Source: Deltaproteobacteria bacterium
GTDB lineage: Bacteria; Bdellovibrionota_B; Oligoflexia; Oligoflexales; Bog-1112
Length of the DNA: 64,000 nt
Direction: 5' to 3'
NCBI GenBank assembly: GCA_947466225.1
Contig: CANIBL010000008.1
Location: 1,779 to 65,778, forward strand
A program made the translations under genes and the position numbers. A model generated the notes under the pieces. It was not told where the DNA came from, searched no databases, and worked only from the letters and a program-made list of their open reading frames with translations. This document shows, piece after piece, positions 38,253 through 47,928 of the stretch (positions are counted from its first letter, which is position 1; each line of letters begins with the position of its first letter).

Positions 38253-38600
38253 TTAGAACGTCGTAAACCAAGGGAACCAACCACTTCTTCTCCCGTGTCC
38301 ACCGCCAGAATATCCACTACGGCGCCAACCACCCCATCCCCAGCCGCGTCCATGTCCACTGTGACCGTAGCCACCGCTGTGACCGTAGCCATCGCTGTGA
38401 CCGTAGCCATCGCTGTGACCGTACCCACCGCTGTGACCACCACCGGGATGGACGCCCATCTCGCGATTTACTACAGACTCACGGGCTCCAGCGCGAACGC
38501 TTTCGATAGAAACGGAAGGAATTGTTGATGCCACTGGTGCTGCCCATGCCAATGGGGCAAAACTAAGTGCGGCGACCACAACGAGACGCGACGTTCTCAT
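38253..38600 (-). CDS. Secreted Gly/His/Tyr-rich repeat protein
   Basis: ATG at 38600 preceded by GGAG. Signal peptide MRTSRLVVVAALSFAPLAWA. (GYGHS[DG]) x5 followed by a GWGWGGWRR...WFPWFTTF tail. Confidence 0.6.
   Translation of the reverse strand: MRTSRLVVVAALSFAPLAWAAPVASTIPSVSIESVRAGARESVVNREMGVHPGGGHSGGYGHSDGYGHSDGYGHSGGYGHSGHGRGWGWGGWRRSGYSGGGHGRRSGWFPWFTTF
38358..38448. repeat. 18-bp tandem repeat x about 5 (encodes GYGHSD/G)
   Basis: gctgtgaccgtagcc[a/c][t/c]c units read directly. Confidence 0.85.
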
Positions 38601-38695
38601 ACGGACTCCATACAAAAAATGGAAATAATTTCTACTTCCGTTGTATGGGGGATTTTTTGTATAAGCAAATGATTTTTTTATAAGAATTAGAAACT

Positions 38696-40369
38696 CTACT
38701 GGAGCTCAACCCGCAGGATTTTACCCCCTAATTGAGTTTCAATCTCGCGGGTAAAAGGATGGGTACGGGCTGCTTGTTCAACATCGGCGCGAAACTGGGC
38801 CTGGGCTTTTTCCTTTTGATCCAGCAAAGATTCGCTTGGGGGTGCTGGTGCTGTATGAAGAGAGGCGGTGAAGGTACCGCTGAAACGAAACAGAGATCGA
38901 AATTGCTCTTCGATTTTCTTTTGCGTTTCTTTTTGTAGCAGCGCAGACGCGATCATGCTGGCAGGCTCCACGGCAACTGAGATCTGAGTTGGCGAATATT
39001 CAAGTACGTAGACCTCTTCTAACTTACGGGCTTGCAACGGCTGGTGTTTCTTCCACGCTTCAATCAACCCCTGCCACGTATCTGGGAAGGTAGCGGGAAT
39101 ATCACTAGATCGCGGGGGATCCCCGACGATCCCTTCAGTCGCTGTGGATAGCGGGGTAACTCGTGTTGAAGCGGTTGATGATGCGCCCACTGGAGATGAT
39201 GGGGTAACATTTGTTGAAGCTACCAATACTCCAGTTGGAGATTCCAACAAAGACTCAATGGTAGGAAACCCTGGATCCATACACCATTCCAGGCAATAGT
39301 TTTCTACCACATATCGATCCATTTCCGATCCATCTAGCTCTTCCCGGCATTTCATGAAAGTGCGGAATAAACGATTAACCTCAAAAGGCGCTGCTTTTGC
39401 ACCCCAACTTTGTAAGTACTGCAACTCTTGCTCATTGCACATCAGTTGCCGCAAAAGCTCAGAGGAAGACACACCAGTAAGGTGTTGTAACAAAGAAGCA
39501 TTGCGAATTTGTCGCAACAACTCTTCGATCACATCCCCATACTCATCGGTATTGGCATCGACTTTTTGCAAAATTTCGATACAAGTGCGGCCGTTCTTTT
39601 CTTGGAGCGCTTGCAAGAGAGAGAAGTAAAATTGCAAAGATACATGGGGCAACAGTTCGGCTACAGCTGTAGGGGTAATGCAACCATCTCCCAACGCAAT
39701 GGTTTGATCCAGGAGTGTGAGTGCATCTCGCAATGAGCCTCGTCCTCCACGGGCAATGTCGAATACACTATCCACATCAAAGGGAATATTTTCTTGTCGC
39801 AAAATCGATTGCAACCGGTCGCTTACCGTTGCGGTATCAATTTTTTTCAAATGAAAAATTTGGCAGCGACCCAACACGGTATCTGGGATTTTGCTTAATT
39901 CTGTAGTGGCAAAGAGGAACACCACATGGGGTGGTGGCTCCTCTAGAGATTTGAGTAATGCATTGAAAGCACTGATCGAGAGCATGTGTACTTCATCGAG
40001 AATATAGATCTTGAAACGAGACCGTTGCGGTACATAATGCAAGGTTTCTTGCAAGCGACGTACTTCATCGACTCCATTATTTGAGGCTCCATCGATCTCG
40101 ACGACATCTTCATGGGAACCACGTGCGATGAGTTTGCAACTTTCACAAGTAGAACAAGGGACCGGAGTCGGACCGTTTTCACAATTAAGGGCCTTGGCAT
40201 ATAAACGGGCAAAGGTAGTTTTGCCCACGCCACGGATACCGGATAGAATCAAGGCGTGGGGCTCACGTTTGAGTTGAATCGCACGCGTCAGTATCTCAGT
40301 GGTGGTCTCTTGACCGACTAGTTCTGCAAATGTTTGCGGGCGGTATTTGCGGGCCAATGGTTGGTACAT
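38696..40369 (-). CDS. dnaX: DNA polymerase III subunit gamma/tau
   Basis: Walker A GIRGVGKTT, Zn module CENGPTPVPCSTCESC, DEVHMLS box, SRC-like motif; 557 aa. Confidence 0.92.
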   Translation of the reverse strand: MYQPLARKYRPQTFAELVGQETTTEILTRAIQLKREPHALILSGIRGVGKTTFARLYAKALNCENGPTPVPCSTCESCKLIARGSHEDVVEIDGASNNGVDEVRRLQETLHYVPQRSRFKIYILDEVHMLSISAFNALLKSLEEPPPHVVFLFATTELSKIPDTVLGRCQIFHLKKIDTATVSDRLQSILRQENIPFDVDSVFDIARGGRGSLRDALTLLDQTIALGDGCITPTAVAELLPHVSLQFYFSLLQALQEKNGRTCIEILQKVDANTDEYGDVIEELLRQIRNASLLQHLTGVSSSELLRQLMCNEQELQYLQSWGAKAAPFEVNRLFRTFMKCREELDGSEMDRYVVENYCLEWCMDPGFPTIESLLESPTGVLVASTNVTPSSPVGASSTASTRVTPLSTATEGIVGDPPRSSDIPATFPDTWQGLIEAWKKHQPLQARKLEEVYVLEYSPTQISVAVEPASMIASALLQKETQKKIEEQFRSLFRFSGTFTASLHTAPAPPSESLLDQKEKAQAQFRADVEQAARTHPFTREIETQLGGKILRVELQ

Positions 40370-40396
40370 ACAGATTTCCTAAAAAACGCGGTGTGC

Positions 40397-40514
40397 TTTT
40401 TTTACTGAGGAACCAGCTGCCTGTGTCTCCTTCTAGGAGTCTTCCCTAAACTTTCGTTTCTCTCCCAGCTCTTGCAAGGAGGTGGGGAAACTGCGCAGCT
40501 GGTTCCATAAAAAG
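40397..40514. mobile_element. MITE-like long form (118 bp) of the family-1 repeat
   Basis: Ends GGAACCAGCTGCC / GCGCAGCTGGTTCC are inverted. The right arm ttgcaaggaggtggggaaactgcgcagctggttcc matches both arms of the 223-bp element at 46358. No coding capacity. Confidence 0.55.
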
Positions 40515-40527
40515 AACATAGCGTAAA

Positions 40528-40660
40528 AAACAAAAGCGCATGGTGATAGACAGAGTACCCAAATACCTGATGCATCCACTACCGTTGCTGCCTTCCGACC
40601 CTGGCGGAATTCGCGGGGCATCATCACCTGGGCTCTGCCTACCACCATACGCTTCTGCGC
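40528..40660 (-). ncRNA. ffs: Signal recognition particle RNA (small, 4.5S type)
   Basis: Reverse strand reads ...ccgccagggtcGGAAggcagcaacgg..., the domain-IV apex with a GGAA tetraloop and conserved GGCAGCA 3-prime strand. A long closing helix pairs cagaagcgtatggtggtaggcagagccc with gggtactctgtctatcaccatgcgcttttg, followed by a U-run. Sits upstream of dnaX, a common synteny. Ends are +/-10 nt. Confidence 0.8.
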
Positions 40661-40951
40661 ATGACCTCCCCACCGTATAGCGTAAAATGCCCCACGAGAA
40701 AAGCATAAACATAGAGAAGCCCGGAAGGTTTTGCCCAGCCTGGGTCTACCGCCCCTTTTTCTCATAACCGCCGACCCCGCTCCCCCATGGGTTTGTACTT
40801 CTGCTTGGCTAGGCACTTTTTACAAGGCAAAAATGAGAGGTTCTGGCAGATTGTTCCGCTGGGATAGAGCGTGGGAATATAGAAGAAGCAATGCTAACGT
40901 TTCGATTTTGCTGCGCACAGGGTGAAAATTCGTTTTTGGAAAAGGCGTACT

Positions 40952-42175
40952 ATGAAAGTGGAAGTTCGCGTCCCCGCTGTGGGGGAGTCGGTACAAGAGG
41001 GCATGATTGAGTCCTGGCACAAGTCAGAGGGCGCCTCTATAGCGGCGGATGAGGTTCTACTTGCGCTGGAAACAGACAAGGCGACCATGGATATTGCGTC
41101 CCCAGCTACAGGGGTACTCCATATCCTCGTTCCAGCCGGTACTGTGGTGAAAGTCGGGCAAGTACTCGCCACGATTGACACAGCAGCTCATGAACAGGCG
41201 AGCCCAATGCCCGTTGCTTCAGCCATAGCCTCCCCAGCCACAGCCCCTGTGTCTGCAGCTTATGGATTGGAACCTGGCCCCGCTGTGCGCAGAGTAGCCG
41301 CCGAACACCAACTCGACCTTACAAAAATCCCCGGCTCAGGAAAAAACGGTCGCGTCACCAAAGCCGACGCCCTTTCCGCCGTAGCAGCGCCTACTTCCGC
41401 CTCGTCTCCTGCCGTAGCACTTCCTACTCCGCCGACACCTGCCTCTGCAGCGATTCTTGGCGGAGGGCGCGAGCGTAGAGAAGAACGCAAGCCCATGTCG
41501 ATGTTGCGTCGCCGTATTGCAGAGCGATTGATTGAAGCACAGCAGACCGCCGCGATTTTGACGACCTTCAATGAAGTCGATATGACCCAAATTTTGGCCT
41601 TGCGCAAAAACTACCAAGATTTGTTCCAAAAAGCCTACGGACTGAAACTTGGGTTTATGGGGTTCTTTGTAAAGGCAAGTGTTACTGCACTCAAAGCTTT
41701 TCCTGCCGTGAACGCTTATATTTCGGGTACTGATGTGTGTTACCACAACTACTGCGATATCGGGGTTGCGGTATCCACGGAGAAAGGGCTCATGGTACCG
41801 GTGCTACGCGATGTAGACCTTAAATCCATTGCCCAAATTGAACAAGATATCGCCGCATTCTCTGTGAAAGCACGGGAAAATAAAATTTCTCTCGACGACT
41901 TAAATGGGGGAACCTTTACCGTTTCCAACGGAGGAGTCTTCGGCTCTTTACTTTCTACCCCCATCTTAAATCCGCCTCAAAGTGCAATTTTGGGTATGCA
42001 TAAAACCCAACTACGCCCCATGGTGATGCCGGATGGTACCATCGAAGCCCGCCCCATGATGTACCTGGCCATGTCCTATGACCATCGCATCATCGATGGA
42101 AAAGAAGCAGTCGGATTTCTTGTAAAGATCAAAGAAGTGTTGGAAGACCCAGCTCGTCTGGTGTTGGAGGTATAG
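40952..42175 (+). CDS. sucB: Dihydrolipoyllysine-residue succinyltransferase (2-oxoglutarate dehydrogenase E2)
   Basis: Start at the ATG at 40952 ([14 protein letters not shown]). Lipoyl motif [11 protein letters not shown]3-binding domain ([15 protein letters not shown]), catalytic DHRIIDG. Confidence 0.92.
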   Translation: MKVEVRVPAVGESVQEGMIESWHKSEGASIAADEVLLALETDKATMDIASPATGVLHILVPAGTVVKVGQVLATIDTAAHEQASPMPVASAIASPATAPVSAAYGLEPGPAVRRVAAEHQLDLTKIPGSGKNGRVTKADALSAVAAPTSASSPAVALPTPPTPASAAILGGGRERREERKPMSMLRRRIAERLIEAQQTAAILTTFNEVDMTQILALRKNYQDLFQKAYGLKLGFMGFFVKASVTALKAFPAVNAYISGTDVCYHNYCDIGVAVSTEKGLMVPVLRDVDLKSIAQIEQDIAAFSVKARENKISLDDLNGGTFTVSNGGVFGSLLSTPILNPPQSAILGMHKTQLRPMVMPDGTIEARPMMYLAMSYDHRIIDGKEAVGFLVKIKEVLEDPARLVLEV

Positions 42176-42176
42176 C

Positions 42177-43580
42177 GTGAGTACAGTTTCCTACGATCTT
42201 CTCGTAATTGGTGGGGGGCCGGGTGGGTACGTCGCCGCTATTCGCGCTGCACAACTGGGTCTTAAAACTGCGTGCATCGAGTTGGCCCCTACATTGGGTG
42301 GCACCTGCCTCAATGTGGGCTGCATTCCATCCAAGGCGCTGCTCGAATCCAGTCACCACTTTTGGCGCGCTCAATATGAGTTTGCCGAGCATGGCATTAC
42401 ATGTGGTAAAATTCAGCTCGACCTAGAAAGGATGCTCCACCGCAAAGACGAAGTAGTAAAAGGCATCACAGCCGGTATTGCGTTTCTCTTTCAAAAAAAC
42501 AAGGTGGACTGGATTCGCGGCACAGGATCCTTGGTCGAAGCCGGTGTGGTAGAAGTGCAGCCCCCGTCTGGCGCGCCTATGCGATATCATGCACGTCAGA
42601 TTTTACTTGCTACCGGCAGTCGTCCCATTGAGATTCCCATTGCAAAATTTGACCACACCCACATCGTAAACTCCACTGATGCCTTGCAGTTTACCCAAGT
42701 ACCGAAGCATCTCATCGTAATCGGAGGCGGTGTGATTGGCTTGGAACTCGGCAGCGTTTGGGGCCGGCTCGGTGCCAAGGTTACGGTGGTAGAAGCCTTG
42801 GATGGCATTCTGGGGGTAACCGACACCCAAACTGCAAGCTTTCTCCAAAAACAGTTACTCAAGCAGGGGATGACCTTTCACCTCGCTACCAAATTGGAAC
42901 AAGCGACGGTAAAAGGTAACACTGTGATCGCACGATGCAAAAAAGGTACAGAGTCGATTGAGATAGAGGGCGATAAGCTACTGGTCGCTGTAGGGCGCCG
43001 TGCCTATACCCATGGATTGGGATTGGACAAACTGGGCATCGCCCTTGATCCAGCTGGACGCATCCCTGTAGATGCTCATTTTGCCACTGCAGTTCCTGGT
43101 GTCTTTGCAATCGGGGATGTGATCGCCGGTCCGATGTTGGCACATAAGGCGGAAGAAGAAGGCGTTGCGGTTGCCGAATTCTTGGCTGGTAAAAATGGCC
43201 ATGTGAACTACGAAGCTTTGCCCAGCATCATCTATACCTGGCCTGAAGTCGCAACTGTGGGCAAGAGCGAAGAACAGCTGAAGAAGGAAGGGATTCCCTA
43301 TCGAGTGGGGAAATTTTACTTCAAAGCCAATGGGCGCGCCAAAGCCATGGGAGATGCCGAAGGCGTGGCCAAGCTTCTGGCCCATCGAGATACCGACCGT
43401 TTGCTAGGTGCTCATCTTGTGGGGCCATGGGCCTCAGAGATGATTGCAGAAATTGCCATGGCCTTTGAGTTTGGGGCGAGTGCAGAAGATGTAGCGCGTG
43501 CCGTGCATGCCCATCCGACACTTGCGGAGATTTGGAAGGAAGCAGCATTGGCTGTGGATCAGCGAAGCCTGCATAGTTAA
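42177..43580 (+). CDS. lpdA: Dihydrolipoyl dehydrogenase (E3)
   Basis: FAD motif GGGPGGYVAA, redox-active disulfide GGTCLNVGCIPSK, NAD motif GGGVIGLE, C-terminal HAHPT. Confidence 0.92.
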   Translation: MSTVSYDLLVIGGGPGGYVAAIRAAQLGLKTACIELAPTLGGTCLNVGCIPSKALLESSHHFWRAQYEFAEHGITCGKIQLDLERMLHRKDEVVKGITAGIAFLFQKNKVDWIRGTGSLVEAGVVEVQPPSGAPMRYHARQILLATGSRPIEIPIAKFDHTHIVNSTDALQFTQVPKHLIVIGGGVIGLELGSVWGRLGAKVTVVEALDGILGVTDTQTASFLQKQLLKQGMTFHLATKLEQATVKGNTVIARCKKGTESIEIEGDKLLVAVGRRAYTHGLGLDKLGIALDPAGRIPVDAHFATAVPGVFAIGDVIAGPMLAHKAEEEGVAVAEFLAGKNGHVNYEALPSIIYTWPEVATVGKSEEQLKKEGIPYRVGKFYFKANGRAKAMGDAEGVAKLLAHRDTDRLLGAHLVGPWASEMIAEIAMAFEFGASAEDVARAVHAHPTLAEIWKEAALAVDQRSLHS

Positions 43581-43591
43581 GGAAGTCTACC

Positions 43592-46357
43592 ATGACAGAC
43601 CGTTTTAGTTTTGCCCACGGCTCCAATACGACGTATGTGGAGGCCTTGTATCAAGTGTTTTTACAAGATCCTACTGAGGTGGATCCTTCTTGGCAGGCCT
43701 TTTTCGCAGGCTATCAATTAGCACTTCAACCCGGCGCCGGAGGTGCGAGTATATCGGAAGATAACTCCACGGGATTGCTGCATGCCAAGGTAGAAGCCTT
43801 TATCAATGCATACCGCAGATTGGGTCATCTCTATGCGTGGCTGAATCCATTGGAAACCGCAAAACCCGTTCCTGTAGACTTGCAACCAGCTGCCCATGGA
43901 CTGGCAGATGTAGCGCCAACCGCACAATTTCATACTTCCAACTTCTTCTCTCAATCGCCCATGTCTTTTCAGGATATTTTCGACAAACTACAAGCTACCT
44001 ATTGCGGTTCGATCGGCGCTGATTTTCGCGATATAAACAATATTGAAGCCATCACTTGGCTCCAATCTGAAATGGAATCCTGCACCAATCGACCCTCGGT
44101 ACCTGTAGCACTGCAAAAGCGTATTGCAGAAAAACTGGCCCAAGCTGAGGGCCTTGAACGTTTTTTGCAAACCCGATTCTTGGGACAAAAACGATTTTCG
44201 GTCGAAGGGCTTGATACTCTTTTACCTCTACTGGATATCTTGATTGATCAAGCGGCTCAACAAGGTGCCCAAGAAGTATGCATGGGGATGGCCCATCGAG
44301 GTCGTCTCAATGTGTTGTGCAACATCATGGAAAAGCCCTATGAACTATTGATTCAAGAGTTTGAAGGCAGTGGATTCAATCCATTCAATATCGATGGAGA
44401 TGTGAAGTACCACAAGGGATTTGCCAAAGAAGTGGAAACCTTTAGTCAAAAAAGGATGCGTCTCTACCTCTCCCCAAATCCCAGTCATTTGGAGTTTGTG
44501 AATCCGGTTGTGGAAGGATTTGTGCGATGCCGACAAGAGCTCCAAGGAAATGCCGCTGCGATTGTACCGGTATTGCTTCATGGAGATGCGGCATTTATCG
44601 GACAAGGTGTTGTACCAGAAACCTTGAATTTATCCCAACTAGACGGATATGCAACCCAGGGTACGATCCACATCATCACCAACAATCAAATCGGATTTAC
44701 TACCAATCCAACGGATTCCCGCTCCTGTCCGTACAGCTCTGATATCGCAAAAACAGTCCATGCTCCTGTATTTCATGTGAATGCAAATGATGCGGAAGCG
44801 GTAGCGTGGGTTGCCATTTTGGCCGTGAAGTTTCGACAAAAATTTCAACGAGATGTGGTGATCGATCTGATCGGATATCGACGATATGGCCACAATGAAA
44901 CCGATGAACCAGCGTTCACCCAACCGGTGATGTACCAACAAATCAAATCCATGCCCACGGTCTTTTCTCTCTACACCACTGCGCTCTTGGAAAAGGGCGT
45001 GCTGACAAAAACCGAGGTTAGCCAGCTTGAGAGTCAGGTGCGAGAAACCTTGCAAGCGGCGCATCAAAAAGTAAAAGAGGGAAAGGTAGAAGCTGCAGCT
45101 TATCCCTCGAGTTTCGACAACATCTTTACCAAGCACACTATTTCTCGCGCAGAAATACTAGCGGAGATAAAAACTGCGCTTCCCAAGGCACGCCTCCAAT
45201 CCCTGGCAACTCAATTGGTACGTCCTCCCACAGGTTTTATGCTGCATCCCAAAATTGAAAAGTTGCTACAATCTCGCGCTGACATGGCACAAGGAACCGG
45301 CGCCCTCGACTGGGGGTTTGCTGAACTAGTCGCCTTTGGTTCCTTGGCACAAGATGGTGTGCGCGTCCGCTTGTCTGGACAGGATTGCAAACGCGGTACC
45401 TTCAGCAGTCGACATGGAGTATGGTTTGATGCCCAGACCAACCAAGCCTTTGAACCCCTCAATCATATTGAGGCCAAAGGTACCGTGCAAATTATTAACA
45501 GTCCACTCTCCGAGCAAGGATGCTTGGGATTTGAATTTGGATATTCCCTGGCAGATCCCAATGCCTTAGTACTATGGGAAGCCCAATTTGGGGACTTCGT
45601 CAACGGAGCCCAGGTTATTATCGACCAGTTTTTAGTAGCCAGTGAAGCCAAATGGAACCAAAAAAGTGGGCTGGTGTTACTGTTGCCCCATGGCTATGAA
45701 GGCATGGGACCGGAGCACTCCAGCGCAAGGCCCGAACGCTTTTTGCAATTGTGCGGCAATCTCAACATTCAAGTATGCAATGTGACGACACCAGCTCAAC
45801 TCTTTCACCTCCTACGTCGACAGATGGGTCGCACGTTTCGTAAACCTCTAATTTTGCTTACCCCAAAAAGCTTGCTGCGACATCCAAGTGTGGTCTCCAA
45901 CTGGTCGGCATTTACCACCGGGACTTTTTGTGAAATCTTGGATGATACGACGATTCAAAAGAAGAAAAAAGTCGAACGACTCCTTCTTTGCACAGGGAAG
46001 ATCTATTATGAACTTTGTGAAGCACGCGCACTCTCTCCAGAGTGTGTGGAGACTCTTCCGATCTTGCGCTTTGAACAGCTGTATCCATTTCCAAAAGAAC
46101 GCTTTCAAGAACTCATGATCCAATATCCCAACGTAAAATCCTGGACATGGGTACAAGAAGAACCCCAAAACATGGGATTCTGGAATTTTATGGCGCCGCG
46201 ATTGCGGCCCCTACTGGGGGATCGAGAGCTGGAGTATATCGGTCGAAAAGCATCTGGGTCTACAGCAGAAGGATCCGCAAAGTCCCATCAAGTGGAACAG
46301 CAACGCATTGTACAAGAGGCTTTGTCTCATGTGTGTGGCTGGCGTCCAACTCGATAG
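43592..46357 (+). CDS. sucA: 2-oxoglutarate dehydrogenase E1 component
   Basis: 921 aa. Conserved FEGSGFN.....GDVKYH, LHGDAAF.GQGVV, and GYRR.GHNE.DEP motifs. Confidence 0.92.
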   Translation: MTDRFSFAHGSNTTYVEALYQVFLQDPTEVDPSWQAFFAGYQLALQPGAGGASISEDNSTGLLHAKVEAFINAYRRLGHLYAWLNPLETAKPVPVDLQPAAHGLADVAPTAQFHTSNFFSQSPMSFQDIFDKLQATYCGSIGADFRDINNIEAITWLQSEMESCTNRPSVPVALQKRIAEKLAQAEGLERFLQTRFLGQKRFSVEGLDTLLPLLDILIDQAAQQGAQEVCMGMAHRGRLNVLCNIMEKPYELLIQEFEGSGFNPFNIDGDVKYHKGFAKEVETFSQKRMRLYLSPNPSHLEFVNPVVEGFVRCRQELQGNAAAIVPVLLHGDAAFIGQGVVPETLNLSQLDGYATQGTIHIITNNQIGFTTNPTDSRSCPYSSDIAKTVHAPVFHVNANDAEAVAWVAILAVKFRQKFQRDVVIDLIGYRRYGHNETDEPAFTQPVMYQQIKSMPTVFSLYTTALLEKGVLTKTEVSQLESQVRETLQAAHQKVKEGKVEAAAYPSSFDNIFTKHTISRAEILAEIKTALPKARLQSLATQLVRPPTGFMLHPKIEKLLQSRADMAQGTGALDWGFAELVAFGSLAQDGVRVRLSGQDCKRGTFSSRHGVWFDAQTNQAFEPLNHIEAKGTVQIINSPLSEQGCLGFEFGYSLADPNALVLWEAQFGDFVNGAQVIIDQFLVASEAKWNQKSGLVLLLPHGYEGMGPEHSSARPERFLQLCGNLNIQVCNVTTPAQLFHLLRRQMGRTFRKPLILLTPKSLLRHPSVVSNWSAFTTGTFCEILDDTTIQKKKKVERLLLCTGKIYYELCEARALSPECVETLPILRFEQLYPFPKERFQELMIQYPNVKSWTWVQEEPQNMGFWNFMAPRLRPLLGDRELEYIGRKASGSTAEGSAKSHQVEQQRIVQEALSHVCGWRPTR

Positions 46358-46580
46358 TTTTTTTTGTGGAACCAGCTACCCAGTTTCCACACCTCCTTGC
46401 CGGGCAGGGGAGAAAACCGAGAGTAGAGGGTCCAGGACCGAAGCATTGTTTGCGATTTTGATAGGTGGGGGGATCCGATCGTCGCGCCGGCCTTGGGCAT
46501 CTCTCTGCTTTCTCTTGTTACCCGTGTCTACCACCCCTAGCAAGGAGGTGCGGAAACTGCGCAGCTGGTTCCGTAAAAAA
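46358..46580. mobile_element. MITE-like full-length form (223 bp) of the family-1 repeat with about 40-bp terminal inverted repeats
   Basis: Left arm tttttgtggaaccagctacccagtttccacacctccttgc; right arm gcaaggaggtgcggaaactgcgcagctggttccgtaaaaaa. They are reverse complements with about 4 mismatches. The interior contains the family-2 motif ggggggatccgatcgt...ccttgggcat. No ORF of its own. Confidence 0.6.
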
Positions 46581-46597
46581 CCCAAAAAAACAAAAAG

Positions 46598-47503
46598 TTA
46601 CCCACCCATTTGATTCGACTGGGGCATCCTCTCAATTTTTTTTGCCAGCTCCCATAGATGGGGATACTTCTCACTTGCTGCACCAGCAAAAACTTCATTT
46701 TCTGTTCTTTGCTTCCGCACCGTCTGCTCGTACATCAAACTCGGTATATTCGCTCGTTTGGAGATGAGGCTGATCAGCCCTTCGTAGAGCTTGTCTTCTG
46801 ACTGAGCCCACTCTTGCCACCACTCTTGCCCCAATTGATAGCCTTCTGCAAATACCTGCGCCAACACATCCATTCGGTCCAGTAACTCACCACATGTCTT
46901 CAGTTGTTGAGCCGCCGTAAGGGAACCAATAATCAATTCATAGAGCCACCGCACCCGTTGCTCACGCACCATCTGTGGTACCCAGTGGAAAAAATGAGGG
47001 TCTACATGTTCCCACTCTACTTCAACGACAGTCTTTTCCTCCTGCGAGAAAAATGGCCCCCATATCAAACGAAATTGTGAGGTGGTGCTACGGAAAAATC
47101 CTGGAGTGGGTTCTTGTAAATCATGTTCGCAGGTGGCGATTCTCCATGCAAACTTTGGATGTTGAGAGAAAAACTGTGCCAGTTTTTTCTCCATTCCACC
47201 ATGTGTCAAGCATAGAATGGGAATACCAGCTGGTAGGTAGTGAATATGTCTAGCTAAAATACCAATTATATCGAAAGATTGCACCGTCACCACCGCAGCG
47301 CTAACATGGAAAATTTCTATCTGGGGTAAGGCTTTTACTTCGAGGGACTCAGATCGGCCCCATGCCTCTAAGCGCGTAAAAGGATTCTGATCTCGCTTTC
47401 TGCCAAGTAAAAGAGTCCTAATGCCTCGCTCTTTCCAATAGCTAGCTAACAGCGCCCCTTCAGGGGTATTACCGAGGATAAGGATGGTGGTAGAAGACAC
47501 CAT
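46598..47503 (-). CDS. Ketopantoate reductase (ApbA/PanE)-like protein with degenerate dinucleotide-binding motif
   Basis: N-terminal beta-alpha-beta ILILGNTPEGALLA in place of GxGxxG; overall length and C-terminal helical domain fit the family. Weak call. Confidence 0.35.
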   Translation of the reverse strand: MVSSTTILILGNTPEGALLASYWKERGIRTLLLGRKRDQNPFTRLEAWGRSESLEVKALPQIEIFHVSAAVVTVQSFDIIGILARHIHYLPAGIPILCLTHGGMEKKLAQFFSQHPKFAWRIATCEHDLQEPTPGFFRSTTSQFRLIWGPFFSQEEKTVVEVEWEHVDPHFFHWVPQMVREQRVRWLYELIIGSLTAAQQLKTCGELLDRMDVLAQVFAEGYQLGQEWWQEWAQSEDKLYEGLISLISKRANIPSLMYEQTVRKQRTENEVFAGAASEKYPHLWELAKKIERMPQSNQMGG

Positions 47504-47519
47504 GAACCCCCCAGTTTTA

Positions 47520-47897
47520 TTAGGTTTTAATTTGGTTTTCGTCCCACGTATAGTATCGCGGCAAACTCTTGGCTTTTCGAATCAACAAAGATTGTTGATT
47601 TTTTAAATATTGCACCACATTTCGATTTTTTGGATCGGTTTTTAGCTGCTCCATTTCTTGTTGAATATCATTGATTTTTTCTACGTCATTTTCCTTGGCA
47701 TAGATTTCATCTAATACGGTATTGAATTTCGTTTTTTCTTGCTCGCTCAACCCGGTGGTATTGCCATATCGATGGTACTTATTAACCGTCATGGGCTCCG
47801 TATCGACCACCACCGTACCATCTTCCTTTTTTTGCACCACTACACCAGGCTCTGTATAAATACCTGACTTTGGAACCAAATCTCCAATCTGTGCCAC
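47520..47897 (-). CDS. Hypothetical protein, flagellar-locus paralog 2 (125 aa)
   Basis: Paralogous to the ORF at 47929-48321 (shared pattern H-R-[HY]-G...G[IL]S.E[DQ]...FN..[ML]D...; Q.[EQ][IM].[EQ]L..[DN]P...[VH]V.YL). Last gene of the fliD-fliS string. Confidence 0.5.
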   Translation of the reverse strand: MAQIGDLVPKSGIYTEPGVVVQKKEDGTVVVDTEPMTVNKYHRYGNTTGLSEQEKTKFNTVLDEIYAKENDVEKINDIQQEMEQLKTDPKNRNVVQYLKNQQSLLIRKAKSLPRYYTWDENQIKT

Positions 47898-47928
47898 GAT
47901 AGATCTCCTTATGGGTTAGCCTCGTTGC

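Noticed and set aside
38201-38528. ORFs 38201-38443(-) and 38295-38528(+), rich in TVTA repeats.
   Set aside because: They are alternative-frame or antisense readings of the 18-bp repeat. The GYGHS frame has the signal peptide and an RBS.
39835-39870. A7 run (ttgaaaaaaatt on the coding strand) in dnaX as a possible gamma/tau programmed frameshift site.
   Set aside because: It lies at about codon 175, inside the ATPase module, far upstream of where gamma/tau frameshifting occurs (after domain III). No downstream stem-loop was noted.
40433-40816. Listed ORFs 40433-40816(-) and 40446-40712(-), and similarly 46147-46461(+), 46308-46613(+) and 46376-46585(-).
   Set aside because: They run through the SRP RNA and the MITE-like repeats. 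Their shared peptide strings (QLRSF.TSL, EPA.QFPHLLA) are simply translations of the repeat, not evidence of coding.
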